DNA from: Nitrosopumilus sp.
Lineage (GTDB): Archaea; Thermoproteota; Nitrososphaeria; Nitrososphaerales; Nitrosopumilaceae
Assembly (NCBI GenBank): GCA_965205675.1
Contig: OZ242186.1
Location: 1,376,001 to 1,440,000, forward strand
DNA length: 64,000 bases
Reading direction: 5' to 3'
Part shown: positions 9,069 to 21,200 of the stretch, piece after piece
Position numbering within the stretch: position 1 is the stretch's first letter
Layout: each line of letters opens with the position of its first letter
Program-made: the position numbers and the translations under genes
Notes under the pieces: model-generated
The model's input: the letters and a program-made list of their open reading frames with translations, nothing else
Databases searched by the model: none
What the model was told of the DNA's origin: nothing

Positions 9069-10049
9069 ATGAAACTAGGCGCAGTCCTTGCAGGTACAAT
9101 ATTTGCATTTGTTTTGATTACAAGTGTTGCAATCCCTGCATATGCCGAATATCTCTCACCCAAAAAACAGCTAGAATCAGGAGTATTACCTGAAGATATA
9201 CAGTGTAAAAAAAACAAAATATTGGCAATTAGGGATAATGGTAAAATGGCCTGTGTCTCACCATCAACTGCAGAGAAAAAGCTCTGGAACATCATACAGA
9301 CAGAATTCATGCCAGAAATGATTCCATCAGAAAAAGACACTATCGATACTCCAATAGAATCTACAACCATCACACTAAATGTTGCATCTGATACAGAGTT
9401 TGCAGATGATAAACGAGAGATAAAACGATCCATACTACAACGAGCACCTGCACCATGGCCCATATATGATAAAATCATAAACAGTACCACAGGTTTGATA
9501 GTTCCAGGACCTAGCGGAGCATTAGGTATGCAAACAACTCCACACGAGAAATATTCTCTAAATCACAAAGTTGGACTATATCTAGAAGACTGGATGCCAA
9601 CACACATTCCAGAAGGTCAAAAATTGTTATATGCAGATACTGATTACAATGCTTTTGAGGTAAATGGAAGAGACTATGAGAGTCACAATGCAATTTACCA
9701 GTTTGTTCCAACGTCATTTGTTTTGAAACAAGGTGTGAACAGTCATGACTTGAAAGTGTCGCAAGGATTTACAGTCAATATAAAACACAGAACATTACCA
9801 TTTGATTCCGTAGAAGATGGTATTGAGTATCTTAAGGAAATTGATGAAATACAACCAGGTAGTTATGGCAGTTATCGCGATATGACTCGTGATGGGAAAA
9901 CAGTGTCGGCATATGAAGGAGGAAATCTTTACAATCATTATCAAGCAACAGTCTACTTTCAACCAGATGAAAATACTAGTATAGGTGTCCATTCATATTA
10001 TCACACACTGGATGAACTGATTCCCGTCTTTAACAGCATAATGAAATGA
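9069..10049 (+). CDS. Secreted thaumarchaeal protein (SPKKQ...C...CV...TA domain)
   Basis: Signal peptide plus SPKKQLESGV.PEDIQC...ACVSPSTA motif. Confidence 0.75.
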   Translation: MKLGAVLAGTIFAFVLITSVAIPAYAEYLSPKKQLESGVLPEDIQCKKNKILAIRDNGKMACVSPSTAEKKLWNIIQTEFMPEMIPSEKDTIDTPIESTTITLNVASDTEFADDKREIKRSILQRAPAPWPIYDKIINSTTGLIVPGPSGALGMQTTPHEKYSLNHKVGLYLEDWMPTHIPEGQKLLYADTDYNAFEVNGRDYESHNAIYQFVPTSFVLKQGVNSHDLKVSQGFTVNIKHRTLPFDSVEDGIEYLKEIDEIQPGSYGSYRDMTRDGKTVSAYEGGNLYNHYQATVYFQPDENTSIGVHSYYHTLDELIPVFNSIMK

Positions 10050-13009
10050 TGATCAGATTAGTAATTTTATCTGCAATTGTTTTTGCGTTGGGTGTGACAT
10101 CACTTGATCAGGATGCCTTTGGAATACTGGGATGCGATGATCCCCACTGCTATGCATTATCTCAATCAAGCAGATCCTCGCCTGTTGATGGCATCAGATA
10201 CACATTGGATTCTCCGGATTTGTACGTTGATAGAAATCAATGTGTCAACATTGCAGTTTCAACAGGTTGGCTAATTACAACAACAGGAGAATGGATAGAA
10301 AGCGGGGTTACAAAAGGCCATGTTGAAAATGTAGGATGCGTTACAAAATTGAGCACATATTATGCGTTTAATAATGTTGTAAACAACAATGATCGTTACC
10401 AAGAATACCTAGTACCAAACGGAAGAGTAGATCCTGGGGATGACATTGATGTTGAAATCAAGAGAGGAGAATTGCAGCCAAAAAGCTCAATCCAAATCTT
10501 TGTAACAACACCTGACTATTCCAGTCAATTTCCAACAGCACAAATCAGCATGAATCCTGAAAATACATACTATGCCGATTACGGAATAGAGGGAACAATT
10601 TCGGCCACCGATGAGTATTCGTCAATTCCAATGAGCAAGTTTACTGACATGAAGATAAGACAAAACGATTCATGGTTGAATTTGCCATCTAGTGCAACTG
10701 TGAGCACTTTGAACACAATTGATGCTCTTTATGTCACAAGTACTGCTGAAGGATATATCGGTAAGAAATGTGGAAACAACTCATTTATTGCAGGAACCGT
10801 ACTGTCCCTTGACTGCAACAACATAGCGACAAGAAACCAGATTCCAACTCCTGAAAATATCATAGTTAACACAAACACAAAGAGACCGTACACCATACCT
10901 CTAAACGCAGTAGACACAGACAAGGACTATCTCACATATAATTTGGTAGAGCACCCAACAAACGGAAAACTAAACCATACAAATAAAGCAAATGATTTGA
11001 TCAACACAGATGGTGACTCTTCTCAGTTCATCTACACGCCAGCTAGTTCCATTCCAGAGTCTGATAGTATCAGATATTCTGTAACTGATGGGAGATTTGG
11101 ACATACAAGGTAGGGACTAGTATCAATTACAGGCTCAACTGCAAGTAGGATACCTGATGGAATAGATGACTTTGCATATTCATTAACTGGCAATACAATC
11201 AACTTTACATGGAATCATCCAAGTGATGGCAATTCTGAAATTACACATTACCGTGTGGAGAGATCCAGGGATTCTATAGTATGGGCATTACATGGCATAT
11301 ATTCTGAAACCATAACCAGTTTGGATTATACCAGACAGCCAGGATACACACAATATTTTAGAATATTTGCATACAATGATGTTGGCGCATCTGCTGTATC
11401 AAATGTCATACAAGTACGCATTCCAGATACCACACCACCGGACATTACAATCCAAAGGCCAGATGATGACTCGACTGTATCTATCTATGATGTGTTAGTT
11501 TCCGGATCCATCTACGAATCAATGAGTTCAGGTATCAGTAAAATACAGATCAGAGTTGACGGAACACTTGATACTGCACCAATAAGTACTACTGTATTAT
11601 CAGCAGATACCCGCATAATCTTTGAATCAACACTGAGAGGACTCTCAAATGGTATCCATACCATTACAGTCTCTGCAGAAAATGATGATAATCTCAAGGG
11701 TACAGACAGTGTAACTATCACAGTTGATGCACCAATACCCCAGACTATCACATCCTTTTTAGATGACTTTGAGGGAACAATCTCAAACTGGAATCTATCT
11801 ACAGGTGATGATGAATACTGGAGTATCAGAGATTCTCCAATAGTTATGGTACCTGACTCTGCATCAGGAAATAAAGTGGCAGGAACTGAGGACTGTGACG
11901 ATGTATGTACCATGAGTATGGTTGATAATGTAGATCTAACACAGATGGAGTCGCCAACACTAAGCTTTTACAGGTTTGTTGGAACAGGCGCTGACATTAG
12001 AGACCAAGAGGGAATTGTATCATACGTCTCAACAAACGGAGGAGACACGTGGAGGATACTTGAGCGATTCACTGCCGATGAATCCGAAGATGACGGATTG
12101 TGGCACAAGGAAGAGTATGACCTGAGTGCATATTCTACCAGTACACAGTTTAAGGTAAGATTTGATGCAGTCTCAAGTAGCAACAGTGAGGATACTGAAC
12201 TTGATGATGTTGCCATTTATGATGCCAGTGCAGACATTACCCCGCCTGTAATTATTCCACCTGCAGATGTTACATTGGAAGCTACTGCAAAACTCACACC
12301 AATTAATGCAACCCAACTGGGCATGGCAACTGCGACAGATAATGTTGATGAAAACCCCACAGTTACAAATGACATACCATTATCATTTCCATTGGGCCAA
12401 AACACAATAACATACACAGCTACTGATAATGCTGGAAATACTGCAAATGCAACACAGTCCGTAATTGTTGCAGATACTATTCCACCGGTATTTTCCACAA
12501 TACAAAATCATACCATTACAGGAGACAGTCTAAGACTTCCACTAAACTATACGCACCCTGCTGCAACTGATGGTATAGATGGCACCATTGCAGTAACCTG
12601 CAATCCATCCAACCTGCCTGATATTGGCGCAAACAAAATCCACTGTATTGCAACTGATGACTCGGGCAACTCTGCTGAGACATCCTTTAAAATAACAGTT
12701 CCAGACAGTGTGATATTTGCACTGGAATCAATCACTACTGATTCGTGCAGTGTACAGGTTCAGCTTGGAACCACAGTAGAATTCTCACTTGAGCAATGCA
12801 ATTCAGAGTATGCTGGAGTAACATACAGCTCTATCCCACGCCACATGTATTACGGTTCAGTAGCAATATCTGATGATGGTACGACACTACTCATTACAGC
12901 ACCAGACTCTGCAGAGTCTCATTTACATACAGATGAATTTGGAGTAACAATTAATCATACGGCATACAACCAGCCAAGAGTCGATGTTGCAGTGATATAT
13001 TATGAATAG
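10046..13009 (+). pseudogene. Large secreted multidomain protein (neprosin-like N-terminus?, Ig-like, Fn3, jelly-roll, HYR) with one in-frame TAG at 11111
   Basis: ORFs 10046..11113 and 11255..13009 are in the same frame, and the gap reads open through an Fn3 domain (FTWNHPSDGNSEITHYRVE). Confidence 0.75.
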
Positions 13010-13076
13010 TAATATCTCATAACCGTTTACACACAGCAAATACCAAAACTATCCAGAGAAGACTAAACCATACAAC

Positions 13077-13400
13077 AATACAGAGAGTACAGAGGATACA
13101 GAGAGAGTACAGAGAGAGTACAGAGAGAGTACAGAGAGAGTACAGAGAGAGTACAGAGAGAGTACAGAGAGAGTACAGAGAGAGTACAGAGAGAGTACAG
13201 AGAGAGTACAGAGAGAGTACAGAGAGAGTACAGAGAGAGTACAGAGAGAGTACAGAGAGAGTACAGAGGATACAGAAAGTACAGAGGATACAGAAAGTAC
13301 AGAGGATACAGAAAGTACAGAGTACAGAGATACAGAAAGTGTACAGAAAGTACAGAATCAATCAAACAGAATTAAATCAGAGGATACAGAAAGTACAGAA
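13077..13400. repeat. 11-bp minisatellite (TACAGAGAGAG) x ~15 decaying into 9-bp TACAGAGGA/TACAGAAAG units
   Basis: Read directly. Confidence 0.95.
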
Positions 13401-13401
13401 T

Positions 13402-13524
13402 CAAAGAACAACAAATCAAGACAAAAACACTGGTTCGTTCATTAATACTAGCTAAGATCATTCCAAAGAACAACAAATCAAGACAAAAACACTGGTTCGT
13501 TCATTAATACTAGCTAAGATCATT
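13402..13524. repeat. 61-bp direct repeat x2 (period 62)
   Basis: caaagaacaacaaatc...gctaagatcatt at 13402 and 13464. Confidence 0.95.
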
Positions 13525-13689
13525 TATTGATCGCAAAAATATCATACCCGAAATTCATCACAGTCCGCAAATTCCTCATTTTTTCTGCTCCCGTCCAATT
13601 AACTTTAACCGTTTACTTTTTTTTCTCAAACTTTAATTTTCTGCACCCGTAACATTACTAACAGGACTGATAGTTCAAACATTCACAGA

Positions 13690-13985
13690 ATACAAATTAA
13701 AATTAAAACTAAAACCACAATTAAAATTAACAGATTAAAATTCACACACAAATTTTAAATTAATTTAAAATTTCAGGACAAGCCCCCCTGCATTACAATT
13801 AATTTTTAAATTTGCAATTAATTTTTTGATTTTATGATAAAATTAATTTTTTCCAGGACTAGTCCCCCTTGCATTTAATTTTTAAATTTTAATTTTTTAA
13901 TTTTAGATAGAAATTGTATTTGCAGCATTTGAGAAACTAAACAGCTCAAAGTCTCATTTTTGTCTATTTTTAGGACACCCTCCCA
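13690..13985. other. Very AT-rich non-coding tract with repeated AGGAC-N3-C-string boxes
   Basis: caggacaagcccccctgcatt (~13774), caggactagtcccccttgcatt (~13854), taggacaccctccc (~13971). Confidence 0.5.
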
Positions 13986-14017
13986 TCATGAGGAGCCCTT
14001 TTATACATCAATTCTCA

Positions 14018-14134
14018 CAAAATCCCTTCTCTCTTTTACTGGAGTGACCAGGCAGCACTTTGATGTGATTCCATAAGATTAGAAATTAAATTCAATGAAA
14101 GATAAGATTTTGTCTGTAATTACGCAAGAGGTCT
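14018..14134 (+). mobile_element. Internally deleted remnant of the ISL2-group IS seen at 36199-37269
   Basis: 5' transposase codons (KSLLSFTGVTRQ.FDVI) fused at TGTGATTC to the IS end TAATTACGCAAGAGGTCT. Confidence 0.8.
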
Positions 14135-14232
14135 ATTTATCTAGAAAAAAGAATATAAAAAAGACACTGTCGGGTTTGTATGTGCACATTAATATTAAAT
14201 TCTCACATAAAGTCCGAGTAAGCGAACGTAAG

Positions 14233-14263
14233 CTTACAACAACTTACAACAACTTACAACAAC
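14233..14263. repeat. 10-bp tandem repeat CTTACAACAA x3 just upstream of the MTase start
   Basis: Read directly. Confidence 0.85.
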
Positions 14264-14276
14264 GAGGTTCATCTAA

Positions 14277-17200
14277 TTGGCCTCTCAAGAGGCACTGTTT
14301 GCCTCGATGGGGGTCAGCCTTGATGCAAAAAAAGAGATGCAACTTCATGACAAATGGCTCTGCTATAGTCTCAACCACCAAAACCCCTCAAGAGATATTC
14401 CAATCATACTGATTGTAAGAGGACCAAAAAATATTGCAGAGATAAAAAAACAGATAAAGAATATCAGAACATGTATCATATTTTTTGAAGAAAAAAATGT
14501 CTTATTTTTCAAATTATTAGATGAGAGTTATATAACAACTCTGGAAAATAATTCAGAATATCAACGAATTGCCTCAATTTTAAAATCAACTGACATGGCA
14601 AGCGCACAAGATGAATTTGATTTAGGACTTGCAATCAAAAAACTAATTGACAAAATCCCAAATGCAACAGGTGACTTTGTAAACAAGGGACTGTTTTCAA
14701 CTCATTATCTGCGCAACAGGATATTTACAGATACGCGACAAAATATAGATTCCAAGCTAGAGGACATAAAAGAAAAAATAGGAGATACAGAGCAATTACT
14801 TCAAGCATTAGGGTGGGATATTGCAAACTCTACTGGTGCATATTATGACAATACAGTCTCGATAACTATTACAGAACAAGATGATTTTAGCATTCGAGAA
14901 AATAAAAATGATGTTGCTCCAAGCTATGATGCAATCGCCACACTACGTAAATCCCAGTGGGCAATACTTACCAATGGTAAAAGATGGCGGCTTTATTCTG
15001 CTAAAATTTCTGCATCAAGTACGAATTATTTTGAGATATCCCTAGACCCTGCACAGGACAACATTACAAAGTATCTTATCATATTATTTGATGCATTATC
15101 ATTTGAAAAGATAGATGAGAAAACAGATGTTGATGTATTCTTTGAGGAAGGCAAAAACTATGCCAAAAATCTAGAAGAGAATCTTTCAGAGAAGATAATG
15201 AGTGCAGATGGATTATTCTTGGACATTGTAAAGGGTGTGCTTGAGCATGACATGAAAAAGACCTTTACATCTGATGAACTGGTATCTGCAAAACAGACAT
15301 CTCTGAAAATAATGTACCGTATTTGGTTTTTGGCATATGCTGAATCAAGAAATCTTCTGCCCATCAGAGATGGAAAATACAAGCCAATATCTCTACAATC
15401 AATCCGAAATCATCTTGATGCCTTTGAGCAAGAACCTGATGAGGATAAATGTTGGAATGCTTTGCTTGTTTTGTTTGACGGGATACGAAACGGAGACAAA
15501 GAACACAATCTTCCTCAATATAACGGAGATTTATTTCGTCGTGATCCTGCAATAGACGACGTATCAATCAAAAATGCATTTATCGTAAAGGCACTATATG
15601 GACTTTTGGAGAATGACGGAGAAGCAATAGACTATGCAGATTTTAGTGTCAGACATTTGGGAAACATCTTTGAGACATTAATGGAATTTAGTCCACGTCA
15701 GACAGACAAAGACATCATGCTACTTGAGGATTCAAAAGGAGTAAGAGAGATAAAAACCAAAAAAGATGCGACATACTCTTACAAGAAAAATGACTTGTAT
15801 TTGGCATCTAAAGGCGGCATTGCATCAAGAAAGACGTCTGCAAGCTTTTACACTCCAGATGAGATTGTAAAATTTCTAGTAAACCAAGGATTGACTCCAA
15901 TATTTGAGGAACGCGAAAAGCTAGTTGCAGATGACATACAGAGATATAAAAAAACTAAGAGTGCTGAGGATTTACAGACATGCATGAACAGAATACTTGA
16001 CATACAGGTGTTGGACCCATCAATGGGAAGTGGACACTTTCTTGTAGAGGTATTAAACAAAATTACACTCTGGGCAACAGACATTCTAAAACAGCACACA
16101 GAGCACCCCCTAATATCTGAAATAGAAGATGAAAGAAAAATTATTTTAAATGAACAGAAAACAAATGGTATCACAATAGATGAAAATCTTCTCACACTTG
16201 ATGTAATACTAAAGCGCAAAATAATGAAGCGCAGCATATTTGGCGTTGACTTGAATCCGATGGCAGTAGATTTGGCAAAGCTTTCCTTGTGGCTTGATTC
16301 CTTTGCAATCGGAGTTCCATTGACATACATGGACCATCATCTCAAACAGGGAGACTCTACAATTGGCTCGTTCTTAGACGAGTTAAAAGACCGGAAAAAC
16401 ACCACACTTGATGACTGGTCGCCTACTGCCCAATCAAACCAGATGATCTGTGATGTAATAACTAACTCTGATGTTACTGTAAAACAGGTTCATGCAAGCG
16501 AAGATCTATACCTTGAGCATAAAAAATCCCTAGAGCCTCTTAAACGAATTTTAGATGCTTTGACTGCATCAAAGATAGACTCCAAAATACTGCCAAAAAA
16601 AGGCAAGCTAGAGTTTATTCATAAATTTGGACATTATTCCCAGACAGAAGACAAAGAGTTTGCAGATGCCCGTAGCAAAGTAAACGAGTTGGCAAAACGC
16701 CATCATTTCTTTCACTGGGAGATAGAGATGATGGATGCATTTACTGATTCACGAAGTGGATTTGATCTGATTGTCGGAAATCCTCCATGGGATAAAGTAA
16801 AACCGGATGATGATGAATTTTTTACACAATTTGATCCTACATTCAAATCTCTAAGACCCAACACAAAAAAGCAACAAAGAAAAAACGAACTTCTTAAAAG
16901 TCTGAAAATTCTAAAAAAATATGAGGCATACAAAGAGCGATATAAAGAAAAAAATACATTTTATGCTGTATATGATCTTCAAGGTACAGGAGACAAGGAT
17001 TTATGGAAATTAGTCTTAGAATTAACCATTAAAATAATTTCAAAGAATGGAATAATCTCAATAGTTATTCCATCCCAGACTCTTTCAAATCCTGGAGCAA
17101 GGGAATTACGCAAAAATATTCTTCAAAAAAATATCATGTCTCTATATGTATTTGAGAATAAAAAAAAGATCTTTCCAATTCATTCAGCATATAGATTTGC

Positions 17201-18266
17201 ATTATTGAGTGTAAAAAATTCTCCAGGTCCTGATGAGTTTTCTGCGGGATTTTATCTGCACTATCTAGAATCATTAATTGATCAATCCAAGGAACAAGAA
17301 AAATTTGCTACACTATCCAAGAGAAAAATTGCAGAACTATCCCCTGATGAACACATCATATCTGAAGTAGTTGGAAATAAATTGGATGTTCTTGAAAAAA
17401 TGTCTAAAAATAGTTTCCTGGAAGACGGAATTGGAAAGGGCTGGACCATGAATCTTTCTAGGGGGTTTGATAAAACTAATGATGCTGCACTTTTATCTGA
17501 AAAAAATACAGGATGGATTGTACATGAAGGAAAAACAATACATCAATATAATCACAAATGGTCACATCCTGAATTTACATCTGATAGAATAATGGGTTTG
17601 AGAAGAGTAAGTAGAACAAGAGCTTTTGCAGGTAGACATGTAGATTTTCACAACTCTTACAGGCTTGTATTTCGTAATACTACGGGTCCCACCAATATGC
17701 GTACTGTCATTTCTAGTATAATTCCCCCACATACATTTCATACTCACTCATTAAGATCTATTATACTCGAATATGATAATAAAATTACAATAAATTTAGA
17801 ATCTAATAAAAAAATATCATGTCTATGCGGACTTTTTAATTCTCTTTCCTTTGATTTTGTATCTAGATCAAAGGTGCAAATGGACTTATCCACAATCATA
17901 AAATCATTACCTATGCCAGAACTACATCATGAAAATGAAATAACAAAACTGGCAGCCAAGATGGTTGTAGGAACTCCAGAGTTTGAAGGATTTGCAGAAT
18001 CAATGCGAATCCCAAATGTCAAACAAACTCCTGCACAAAGAATTGAAACTGCAGCAGAGATTGATGCTCTAGTTGCACATTCTTATGGTTTAACCATAAA
18101 TGAATACAAGACAGTTACAGAATCATTTCCAGCCTTTAAGAAAAATCCTGCACTATACGATCTTGATGACATAACCTGGGATAACGATAACCTAAAGGAG
18201 TTTTACGGAGAAATGGCAGAACTTGCTCTACAATACTATGAGGTAATAATGGAGGAACAAAAATGA
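14277..18266 (+). CDS. Eco57I/type IIG-like N6-adenine DNA methyltransferase with TRD
   Basis: FYTPDEIV, LDPSMGSGHFL, GVDLNPMAV, IVGNPPW, ILTNGKRWRLY. Confidence 0.9.
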   Translation: MASQEALFASMGVSLDAKKEMQLHDKWLCYSLNHQNPSRDIPIILIVRGPKNIAEIKKQIKNIRTCIIFFEEKNVLFFKLLDESYITTLENNSEYQRIASILKSTDMASAQDEFDLGLAIKKLIDKIPNATGDFVNKGLFSTHYLRNRIFTDTRQNIDSKLEDIKEKIGDTEQLLQALGWDIANSTGAYYDNTVSITITEQDDFSIRENKNDVAPSYDAIATLRKSQWAILTNGKRWRLYSAKISASSTNYFEISLDPAQDNITKYLIILFDALSFEKIDEKTDVDVFFEEGKNYAKNLEENLSEKIMSADGLFLDIVKGVLEHDMKKTFTSDELVSAKQTSLKIMYRIWFLAYAESRNLLPIRDGKYKPISLQSIRNHLDAFEQEPDEDKCWNALLVLFDGIRNGDKEHNLPQYNGDLFRRDPAIDDVSIKNAFIVKALYGLLENDGEAIDYADFSVRHLGNIFETLMEFSPRQTDKDIMLLEDSKGVREIKTKKDATYSYKKNDLYLASKGGIASRKTSASFYTPDEIVKFLVNQGLTPIFEEREKLVADDIQRYKKTKSAEDLQTCMNRILDIQVLDPSMGSGHFLVEVLNKITLWATDILKQHTEHPLISEIEDERKIILNEQKTNGITIDENLLTLDVILKRKIMKRSIFGVDLNPMAVDLAKLSLWLDSFAIGVPLTYMDHHLKQGDSTIGSFLDELKDRKNTTLDDWSPTAQSNQMICDVITNSDVTVKQVHASEDLYLEHKKSLEPLKRILDALTASKIDSKILPKKGKLEFIHKFGHYSQTEDKEFADARSKVNELAKRHHFFHWEIEMMDAFTDSRSGFDLIVGNPPWDKVKPDDDEFFTQFDPTFKSLRPNTKKQQRKNELLKSLKILKKYEAYKERYKEKNTFYAVYDLQGTGDKDLWKLVLELTIKIISKNGIISIVIPSQTLSNPGARELRKNILQKNIMSLYVFENKKKIFPIHSAYRFALLSVKNSPGPDEFSAGFYLHYLESLIDQSKEQEKFATLSKRKIAELSPDEHIISEVVGNKLDVLEKMSKNSFLEDGIGKGWTMNLSRGFDKTNDAALLSEKNTGWIVHEGKTIHQYNHKWSHPEFTSDRIMGLRRVSRTRAFAGRHVDFHNSYRLVFRNTTGPTNMRTVISSIIPPHTFHTHSLRSIILEYDNKITINLESNKKISCLCGLFNSLSFDFVSRSKVQMDLSTIIKSLPMPELHHENEITKLAAKMVVGTPEFEGFAESMRIPNVKQTPAQRIETAAEIDALVAHSYGLTINEYKTVTESFPAFKKNPALYDLDDITWDNDNLKEFYGEMAELALQYYEVIMEEQK

Positions 18267-21200
18267 CAGAGCGAATCAAAAGAGACATCATAGAGAACTC
18301 ACAAGACATCACCATGCAAAAGATTCTAAACTCTGAAATTCCTCACGCAAAGCAACTGGATATCTCAACTGGATACTTTGATGTGAAAGGATATGGAATG
18401 CTCCGAGAAACAATACAGTCTGTTGCAAAAGACGAGTCCTTTGCAATGAGGTTATTACTTGGCAAAGAGGCAATATTGTCCCAAGAGGGCTCTTTTGAAA
18501 AATTTGCAAGACAATACGCAGAATCAATCAAAGAAAAATCCCTAAAAACCAGTCTTGATGAGACAGAACTTACACCAGAACACAAAGATGATACAACTGC
18601 ACTAATCACACTATTGGAGCAAAAAAACATTGAGGTACGCCTTGGTGCAAACAGGTTCAATCACTCCAAATGCTACATTCTGGGGAATAATTCAGTATTC
18701 ATAGGATCCAGCAACTTTACAGCAGGCGGGATGACTGGAAACTATGAGCTAAATGCAGGACTGTACCAGCCAGGCGTTGCAGAGCAGACTAGAGCATGGT
18801 TTGATAGAATGTGGGATGATTCACAGGATACAAAACAACAGCTAATTGACGTTCTAAGACAGTCAAAGTTTGGCACGCCGCCTGAACCGTATCTAATTTA
18901 CATGAAGATGCTCTTTGAGCGATTCAGACCACTACTTGAAAAGGTGGATAGAGATGCAAAAGAAAGCAAGATTCTAACAAAATTCCAGCAAGATGCGGTT
19001 CATTCAGGATTATTCATCGTATCTGAATTTGGAGGAACAATAATTGCAGATGCTACAGGACTGGGCAAGACAAACATGGGAATAGAGATGGTGCGACAAA
19101 AGGTGCTAAAGGAAGGCAAAAGAGTCTTGCTTGTTGCACCATCACAGGTTTTGCACAGCATGTGGAAGGAGAAACTAAAGGAAGTTGACATTAATGTCAG
19201 AGAGACACTCACAATGGAGTCCCTTGGCAGAGAAAAGATCCTAGAGGATTTGGGCAAATACAAAAACATTGATCTGGTACTAATTGACGAGTCCCAGAAC
19301 TTTAGATCAAAAAATGCAAACAGAAGAAAGAATCTGATGAAGTTGATGAGTGTTGGAAAAAGAAAACAGGCCATACTACTAACTGCGACTCCGATTAACA
19401 ATTCATTAATGGACTTGTACTATCAGATATCTATCATTACAGGTGGGGAAGACTCTTACTTTTCCCGTCATATAGGAATACCGGATTTGGAAAAACACAT
19501 GAGGGATGCTGCAAACAAAGATCTTGCTCAAGGGTTAGAAAAGATACAACAGTTACTGGATGTGGTGATGGTTAGGCGTACTAGGTCATACATAAAGGAT
19601 GTGTACAGTGATGACAAGATAGGCGGCAAGCCAATAAAGTTTCCAAATCACCAATACTCTCCAATAGAGTACAGCCTCAGTGATCTGTTTGGGAATATCT
19701 TTGCAAGGATACTGGAGGACATTAACAGTCTGACAATGGCGCCATACGGAATTGAAAAATATGATACCAATCTATCTGAGAAAGAACGAAACAAGTACAG
19801 GGCAGTAGGACATTTACAAGTAATATTGCTCTTAAAAAGATTTGAGAGCAGTATAGAGGCAGTAAGAATAAGCATAGAAAATAAGGTAAACCTCTACCGA
19901 TACATCAAGAAGGTGCTTGATGAGGGAAAAATTCTGCGAGTCAGAGACTTTAACAAGATAATCTCAAAATGGAATTCTGCTGAATCCGGTGAGAATCCAG
20001 ATACTGATACAGATGAGGAAGATAAAATGAAATTTTTCCTCAAAGAGATCAAAGACATTCCAAAAGATGAAATCACCAAAAACTATGATGTGGAAACTCT
20101 AAAAGAGGACATGCAAAGAGATCTAGAGATACTAGAAAATTTGTTAAATGAAGTCAAAAAAATAACAGTAGACACAAAGATTGACAGAGTTGTAGAGACA
20201 ATATTAAAAGAAAAGGCATTGGAAAATGAGAGCAAAAAAATTCTGATATTTACAGAATATACTGCAACTGCCAGATACATTACAAAAAAACTGCAAGAAA
20301 AATTCCCAAATAATATGATTCGATGTATTACGGGAAACACAAAACAAGATACAAGAATTAATTATATCAGAGAATTTTCTCCTAATGCCAATTTGCTTGA
20401 AGATGAAAAGCTAGACACTCAAGAGATAGACATACTAGTATCAACTGAAGTATTAGCCGAAGGGCAGAATCTGCAAGATTGCAACTATGTAATTAATTAT
20501 GATCTGCCATGGAATCCGATGAGAATTGTTCAGAGAACAGGCAGGGTAGACAGACTCACCAGCACATATGATACAATTCATACCCGAGCATGCTATCCAG
20601 ATAAAGAGTTAGATGACATTTTGAAATTGATGGGAAAACTGCTAGACAAGATACATGTTGTAGATGAGGTGATTGGAGGGGATTCAGAAATATTGGGAGA
20701 GAACCCAACTCCAAAACAGTTCAACGGTGCCACGCAGAGAATCAAGGTACTTGCAGGCAAGGACGGCTCTGAGAGACTAATCTCACAAATGGAGCAGGAA
20801 TCAGATGTAATGCCTGCACTATCTCCAATAAATGAGCTTGGACGATTCATAAAAGAAAAGGGAATGGAGACAGTCCAGGACATTCCGATAGGAAGACGCA
20901 GTGGCAAAAAGGGTGAAAAACAAAAGGCAGTATTGGCATATCTGCAAGAAAAGCCAGAGAGACGTGTCTATTTTGTGAATTATGATTTCAAGACAGATAC
21001 AGCTATAGTGCCTGATGATGATTCAGAAGCTATGCGTCTTGTATCATGCATGCAAGATACTCTTATTCATCTTCCAATGGATGGTGCAGACAATCAGGAA
21101 TCATTTGAGTTGTTATTGGGAATAGATCAAAAGGCACGAGTTGCAATAAAAAAGAACAATGAGGATATATTATCATACGTCAAAAAACCTGATAACACAA

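Noticed and set aside
11111-11113. Pyrrolysine recoding
   Set aside because: No pyl genes seen, and many genes here end normally with TAG.
13017-13365. Minus-strand ORFs with LCTLSVLSLYS repeats
   Set aside because: They are translations of the 11-bp minisatellite.
13770-13985. Canonical ORB/oriC
   Set aside because: The boxes lack the TCCA-N-GGA ORB dyad and no cdc6/orc1 is nearby; kept only as origin-like.
14095-14412. 105-aa ORF overlapping the MTase start
   Set aside because: It starts inside the IS remnant end and overlaps the MTase out of frame.
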